A stretch of 64,000 bases of DNA. It comes from Candidatus Poribacteria bacterium (GTDB taxonomy: Bacteria > Poribacteria > WGA-4E > WGA-3G). Under the pieces are notes generated by a model. The model was not told where the DNA came from. It ran no database searches and saw only the letters and a list, made by a program, of their open reading frames with translations. How positions within the stretch are numbered: the stretch's first letter is position 1; the number at the start of each line of letters is the position of its first letter. The stretch is from assembly GCA_965197475.1 (NCBI GenBank), contig CBDANF010000003.1:256001-320000 (forward strand), read 5' to 3'. Made by a program: the position numbers and the translations under genes. Shown here piece by piece: positions 59,534 through 64,000 of the stretch.

Positions 59534-60349
59534 TTACCAGGGCCGGGATGAACTTACCCGTGCGTTTTTCCAATTAATTGTATGTGTCCAGCCAGGCTTC
59601 ACACCCTTTTTAGGTCCCATACCGTAAGCCCCTACACGATAATCAATCCCTGTCATAAACATTAAGCGGGATGCCAATTCCTTAGCCTCTGCGACATCTA
59701 TTTCAACTTCTCTGTCTTTCTCTAATTGAAAACCGTTATGGATCAATCTCACTTGTAGTCCGTGCTTTCCAATTTTAGATTGTAAACGTCGTGCTGCTTC
59801 TTGGACTTTTGAAAACTGGACATCAGGAGCGTGCTCCTTTGGATATAGGCTAAAACCCGCATGGCGGACATGAAAAACGTTATCCCCGTCTCCAAAACAA
59901 CCTTCAAGCATCATACTCTCAAGCAATGTTTCAAGTTCTATCATATCACCAGTGCGGAATTGTGTCGGATCATCTGGGAGAGCTACCACTGTAAACCATA
60001 AGTGAAGGATATTGAAAGGTAGTTCTCGTTCTTTAATTAAGGATCGGAGCACTTCCTTAACTTCCGCGATACGAGTTGAATTTGACGCTAAATGTTCCAC
60101 TTCGTCATATATTTCAGATATACTACGCCCTCTGGAAAGACACCAATGTCCACTGATTGTAAAATTTTTTAATTTTTCCGCGATTTTATCCCCTTTCCAC
60201 CGTCTAATTATATCCTCCGTGTATGATCTCGTTGTTGGGTTGTCATCTTCAGAGATCAATAGAGGACCTTTTTCGACAGTGGAGATAGGTATCTTGATAT
60301 CCTTAATTAGAGACCTTATCAATTCCGTGACTTCATTCGGGTTCATCAT
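59534..60349 (-). CDS. Hypothetical HxGFxL-repeat protein, paralog C
   Basis: AAGGAGG RBS; clear homology to the two upstream ORFs. Confidence 0.8.
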   Translation of the reverse strand: MMNPNEVTELIRSLIKDIKIPISTVEKGPLLISEDDNPTTRSYTEDIIRRWKGDKIAEKLKNFTISGHWCLSRGRSISEIYDEVEHLASNSTRIAEVKEVLRSLIKERELPFNILHLWFTVVALPDDPTQFRTGDMIELETLLESMMLEGCFGDGDNVFHVRHAGFSLYPKEHAPDVQFSKVQEAARRLQSKIGKHGLQVRLIHNGFQLEKDREVEIDVAEAKELASRLMFMTGIDYRVGAYGMGPKKGVKPGWTHTINWKNARVSSSRPW

Positions 60350-60385
60350 TCATCCTCCTTTCTTAATGGTTCTTGCCAAACTAAA

Positions 60386-61228
60386 TTAATAGTAAGGTCC
60401 GGATGCACTTACCCTTACAATTTTCCAATTAATTGCGTTTGTCCACCCGGGTGGAATTTCATCCACACTTAACTGCATACCATACCCGCTTCCTCCAGGA
60501 TAGTTAATCCCTGTCATAATACTTAGTCGAATTGCCAACTCTTTTGTTTCGGAAACATGTATTTCAAATTCGCGCTTCTTCTCTAATACAAAACCTTCAT
60601 GGAGTAGACACACCTTCAGATCATGTTTTTCCAATGCGGACTGAAGAAATTTCATCATTTCTTGAACTTGCGAAAATGAGATGTCGGGTTTATCGTATTC
60701 TCTATCATCCATTCGATTTAAACTAAAACCGCTATGGCGTACCCGTACATTTAAGTTCTCCTTTTCAAGCAATGTTTCAAGTTCTATCATCTCTTTGTTA
60801 CGATATTGTATCGGGTCTTCTGGGAGAATAATCACGCTAAAAGCACGGTTGAAAATCTTAAAGGGCAGACCTTGTTCTTTAATCAAAGATTCCAATACTT
60901 TTCTAACTTGCGGAACATGAGATGTCTCAAGAGCAAGACGTTCTATCTCTACACAGATATCAGATACGGTTATTCCCACAGATGTCCGATAGTTTCTATG
61001 TTTACCATAAATGCCGATAGATTCTCTCGCCTCTTGCACCTCTTGAGGAATATCGTCGTATTCACCTTTATCAAGTTCCATCCACTGTTGAGCAATATCT
61101 TTAAGCCGTTCTCTTGGCACTTTAGTATCGTCTTCACTAATCAATAGAGGTCCGCAATTGGACGCAACTGGTAGAGAAGATTCTGCAGTTAAAGATTCCA
61201 ATAATTTCTTAACATCGTTGGGATTCAT
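60386..61228 (-). CDS. Hypothetical HxGFxL-repeat protein, paralog B
   Basis: AGGAGG RBS; shares GPLLISEDD, MIELETLLE, KELAxRLxxMTGIxY and PGWTxxINWK with paralog C. Confidence 0.8.
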   Translation of the reverse strand: MNPNDVKKLLESLTAESSLPVASNCGPLLISEDDTKVPRERLKDIAQQWMELDKGEYDDIPQEVQEARESIGIYGKHRNYRTSVGITVSDICVEIERLALETSHVPQVRKVLESLIKEQGLPFKIFNRAFSVIILPEDPIQYRNKEMIELETLLEKENLNVRVRHSGFSLNRMDDREYDKPDISFSQVQEMMKFLQSALEKHDLKVCLLHEGFVLEKKREFEIHVSETKELAIRLSIMTGINYPGGSGYGMQLSVDEIPPGWTNAINWKIVRVSASGPYY

Positions 61229-61276
61229 AACTCAACCTCCTAATGTCGAATCAGGTTGCAGTAAAGTTTAGTCTTT

Positions 61277-61999
61277 TCAACTTTTCCATTGACGCCGTGG
61301 AAAACGCCATAAAGAAATCCGGATATTAGCACTTGTGCAGTTTGTAGATTTGAATGTATCCTCGGAAGGTGGCGTGTGATATGAATCCAACCTATAGTTG
61401 ATGCCGAGGGTATCATCTATCCGTTTTGCAATCTCACTAACCTGTGAGAGAGGTATGTTAGATTCAGAAGTTTTCTCTAATCTGAAACCTCGGTGGAACA
61501 ATTTTGCCTTGATGCGTTTCTCCTTTAATATCGTCTCATAGCGATTTGCCACCCCTTCAAACTGCGATGCCACCACCTTAACCCCTGCTTGTTTTTCTAA
61601 CCGAAATCCACCGTGAAGCATTTTGACAGGATAGCGCGTCGTGTCATCCTCAGCCAATGTCACCAATCGGAATCCGTGATCGGTAAAACGGATAGGCAGA
61701 TTCTCTTCCGCTATGAGAGATTCAAGGATGACTTCAACTTCTAAAGATTCTAACAATTCTTTTGCAGACGAGTCCGCATCGGTTTTGGAATAGAATTCCA
61801 TAATATCTTCTCGACCAGGATGACGCGTGTAGATTTTACCCTCTTTGTTCCATTGATGGATAACATCTTTGATGCGCCCCTCTGTGGTATAATCCGATGC
61901 CCCTAAACTTTGAATAGCGGATATATCAATTACCTCAATCGGGATCCCTTCCTCCACAATTAAAGTTTTTAATAATTCCTTGACATCATTCGGTGTCAT
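61277..61999 (-). CDS. Hypothetical HxGFxL-repeat protein, paralog A
   Basis: AAGGAG before ATG 61999; MTPNDVKELLKTLI start; DHGFRL, HGGFRL, HRGFRL. Confidence 0.8.
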   Translation of the reverse strand: MTPNDVKELLKTLIVEEGIPIEVIDISAIQSLGASDYTTEGRIKDVIHQWNKEGKIYTRHPGREDIMEFYSKTDADSSAKELLESLEVEVILESLIAEENLPIRFTDHGFRLVTLAEDDTTRYPVKMLHGGFRLEKQAGVKVVASQFEGVANRYETILKEKRIKAKLFHRGFRLEKTSESNIPLSQVSEIAKRIDDTLGINYRLDSYHTPPSEDTFKSTNCTSANIRISLWRFPRRQWKS

Positions 62000-62018
62000 G
62001 TTAGCTCTCCTTTTAGAG

Positions 62019-62054
62019 TAAGAATGCAAATCGGTTGAAAAGGTTACATAAAAA
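62019..62054 (-). promoter_or_regulatory. ECF-type promoter box ahead of the paralog/ferredoxin genes
   Basis: Minus strand TGTAAC-N16-CATTCTTA; 33/36 identical to 62795-62830. Confidence 0.7.
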
Positions 62055-62070
62055 ACACTGTTTTGCGAAT

Positions 62071-62685
62071 TCAATCTGTTTTCGGATTTTCTTTTTTTCT
62101 AAATATATGGTCGAATTCGCCGGGATATTCCGCTTTCATCCAAGCGGTGACCTTTTTCTTGGCACGATACAATCGAACCTTAGTCGCTGACAATGTTATT
62201 TCTAAAGTCTTGGCGATTTCTTCCAGCATCATTCTGGGATTGGCAAGTTTCAACTCAAACACTTCTCGTTCCGACTTTGATAACCGGCGCGCTAAGGCAT
62301 AAACGATCTCTAATTGTTCTTTGCCAATAATACGATATATAGGCGAACGATGCTCAAGGTCTACCAGATGTGCTTCAGGATTCCCTTCAAGCGATCCGAT
62401 TTCGAGTTTTCTCTGGTCTTCACGGAAGTGTGCTGCAACGAGTTGATATGCAATACTGAACAGCCAACTTGAAAAACTTTTGGGATCCCGAAGGGTTCCG
62501 AGATTTTGATGAACCTTAATAAACGTCTCTTGCACAAGGTCTTGCGCGGTTTCCCAATTGCCAACGCGCCTATAGAAAAAACTGAGGAGGGGACCTTCGT
62601 ACCGATGATAAAGGATTTCAAATGTCCCATCATCAGCATCGGCTAAATTTTGATCCACCAATTCCTCGTCGCGAAACTCATCCAT
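62071..62685 (-). CDS. ECF RNA polymerase sigma factor
   Basis: AQDLVQETFIKV, FSSWLFSIA, LSKSEREVF...EIAKTLEITLSATKVRLYRA. Confidence 0.92.
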   Translation of the reverse strand: MDEFRDEELVDQNLADADDGTFEILYHRYEGPLLSFFYRRVGNWETAQDLVQETFIKVHQNLGTLRDPKSFSSWLFSIAYQLVAAHFREDQRKLEIGSLEGNPEAHLVDLEHRSPIYRIIGKEQLEIVYALARRLSKSEREVFELKLANPRMMLEEIAKTLEITLSATKVRLYRAKKKVTAWMKAEYPGEFDHIFRKKENPKTD

Positions 62686-62794
62686 TGTCGTTCCACCCTC
62701 TGTTAACATCACTATTTTATTTACACTCAACTATAGAGAAGCATATAATTAATGAAACACTTGATATTGTAAAATTGAAATTTGAATTTAAATA

Positions 62795-62830
62795 TAAGAA
62801 TGCAAATCAGATAAAAAGGTTACATAAAAA
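62795..62830 (-). promoter_or_regulatory. ECF-type promoter box upstream of the sigma gene (putative autoregulatory)
   Basis: Minus strand TTTTTATGTAACCTTTTTATCTGATTTGCATTCTTA. Confidence 0.7.
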
Positions 62831-63078
62831 TGAAGTGTTCAATTTGCGGCAGTCTGTTCGGAGGTGAAAATTTTTCGTCATGCTCATTATGTGGAATTTC
62901 AAGGACAGTTGCAAGTTTTTTTGAAGAAAACCGATTCCGTTGATAACTAAAAAAAGATGGTAATAACTGTATGTGTATCTATCAACTCCACAAAGGAGAT
63001 AAACCGATAACAAATAATATGAAAGTCCTAATTTGATTAAAAATCGATGAAATTATTTTGTTTGGAGGTAATATCATT

Positions 63079-63636
63079 ATGTTCAAGGAATTAAAAAAGA
63101 TAAGCGTTGTGCTTGTGTTATTGGCATGTTTTATTGGATGCGGCGACGTTGACCCAACTCCGGTGTCACCTCCAGTTTATTTGGCAATTAACCAGGTTTT
63201 AAAACGGTGGCGAGAAGGTTATGAAACTGAAGATATAGAGACTTATATGAGTGCTTACTGGTCGCAAGGTTTCCGATACGTCTCAGACTGGGGAACAGAC
63301 GGCGATAAAACTGATGATCTCATATTTGATGATATTCGAGACGAACGTGATTCTGCAATTCATGTCTTTAGCCAATTTCAGGATATTGAAATAGAACTTT
63401 CTATTCCTCCCGAAATAGCCATGAATAAAGATGGCACGCAAGCCGAAGTCCGAAATCATTACCGAATCCAAGGCTTTGTGGCAGATGGCGAATCACTTGA
63501 AGGCGGATTTACGGGGTGGTTCGCGGAAGGCGACAACCTGTTTATCTTTGAAAAAAGAGATGACGAATGGCGCATCATTGAATGGTATGATGAGGCTTTC
63601 AATGATGAAGAAATTCGCATTGCTAATAACCTATAG
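63079..63636 (+). CDS. NTF2/SnoaL-like lipoprotein
   Basis: GGAGG RBS, lipobox FIGC, EDIETYMSAY...FEKRDDEWRIIEW. Confidence 0.7.
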   Translation: MFKELKKISVVLVLLACFIGCGDVDPTPVSPPVYLAINQVLKRWREGYETEDIETYMSAYWSQGFRYVSDWGTDGDKTDDLIFDDIRDERDSAIHVFSQFQDIEIELSIPPEIAMNKDGTQAEVRNHYRIQGFVADGESLEGGFTGWFAEGDNLFIFEKRDDEWRIIEWYDEAFNDEEIRIANNL

Positions 63637-63689
63637 CTTGGTCAATTTTAAAACATTCAGAATAAATTATCCAAACTATAGTTAAATCA

Positions 63690-63723
63690 CAAGGTATCTC
63701 ATAAATTTTTATGAGATACCTTG
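63690..63723 (+). terminator. Long hairpin, probable terminator
   Basis: CAAGGTATCTCATAAA / TTTATGAGATACCTTG perfect 16-bp arms. Confidence 0.65.
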
Positions 63724-64000
63724 ATTCTTTTTAGCAGATAGGTTATGCTTTAAACAGATTGATTGCAGTGACACAGTTGGAAGAAATTCATCTTACCTGA
63801 TCACATACCAAGTTGGCATTATCTGTTAATTTTTGTAAAAAATTTAATATGAGGACGCATAACATATAAAATAGTGAAAAAAATCTCGACTCTTTTTTGC
63901 AAATTTGATACACTTTATAACAATTGATTGCAATGGTACGTGGTTAAGAGGGTTATCCACTACTTTCTGCAGTCCCATTCGTTAAATAAAACCCTTTTGT

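Noticed and set aside
55161-64000. tRNA-anchored integrative island carrying the redox module
   Set aside because: No integrase and no duplicated tRNA 3' end seen within the window; it cannot be excluded beyond the edge

Overview
A 64-kb bacterial chromosomal window. The gene content (ECF sigma factor fused to a beta-propeller, CRTAC1/FG-GAP protein, DUF1501 + WD40 + PPC/cytochrome c cluster, UBact-type proteasome, many short palindromic repeats) suggests Candidatus Poribacteria or a similar lineage; this is inference, not a database result. Housekeeping genes are trpF, dnaE, an ackA-family kinase, rplM, rpsI, purA, tRNA-Lys(TTT) and tRNA-Glu(TTC). Four accessory blocks stand out. (1) A decaying patch at 5.3-6.9 kb with an in-frame amber codon, a frameshifted DUF4377 lipoprotein and a TPR remnant. 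(2) A putative defence cassette at 26.5-34.8 kb: Type IIG-like R-M fusion, a 913-aa helical protein with a possible HEPN-like N-terminus, an orphan antitoxin-like gene, and the TcmP/DUF5131 pair. (3) A complete UBact-proteasome locus at 44.6-52.2 kb, near a tricorn protease. (4) An unrecognised co-oriented redox module at 55.4-62.8 kb: an ECF sigma factor flanked by two 33/36-identical ECF-type promoter boxes, then three paralogous HxGFxL-repeat proteins, three tandem ferredoxins, an internally duplicated redoxin and a polyferredoxin. Block 4 is my best candidate for an undescribed system. All calls come from reading motifs by eye; no searches were run.
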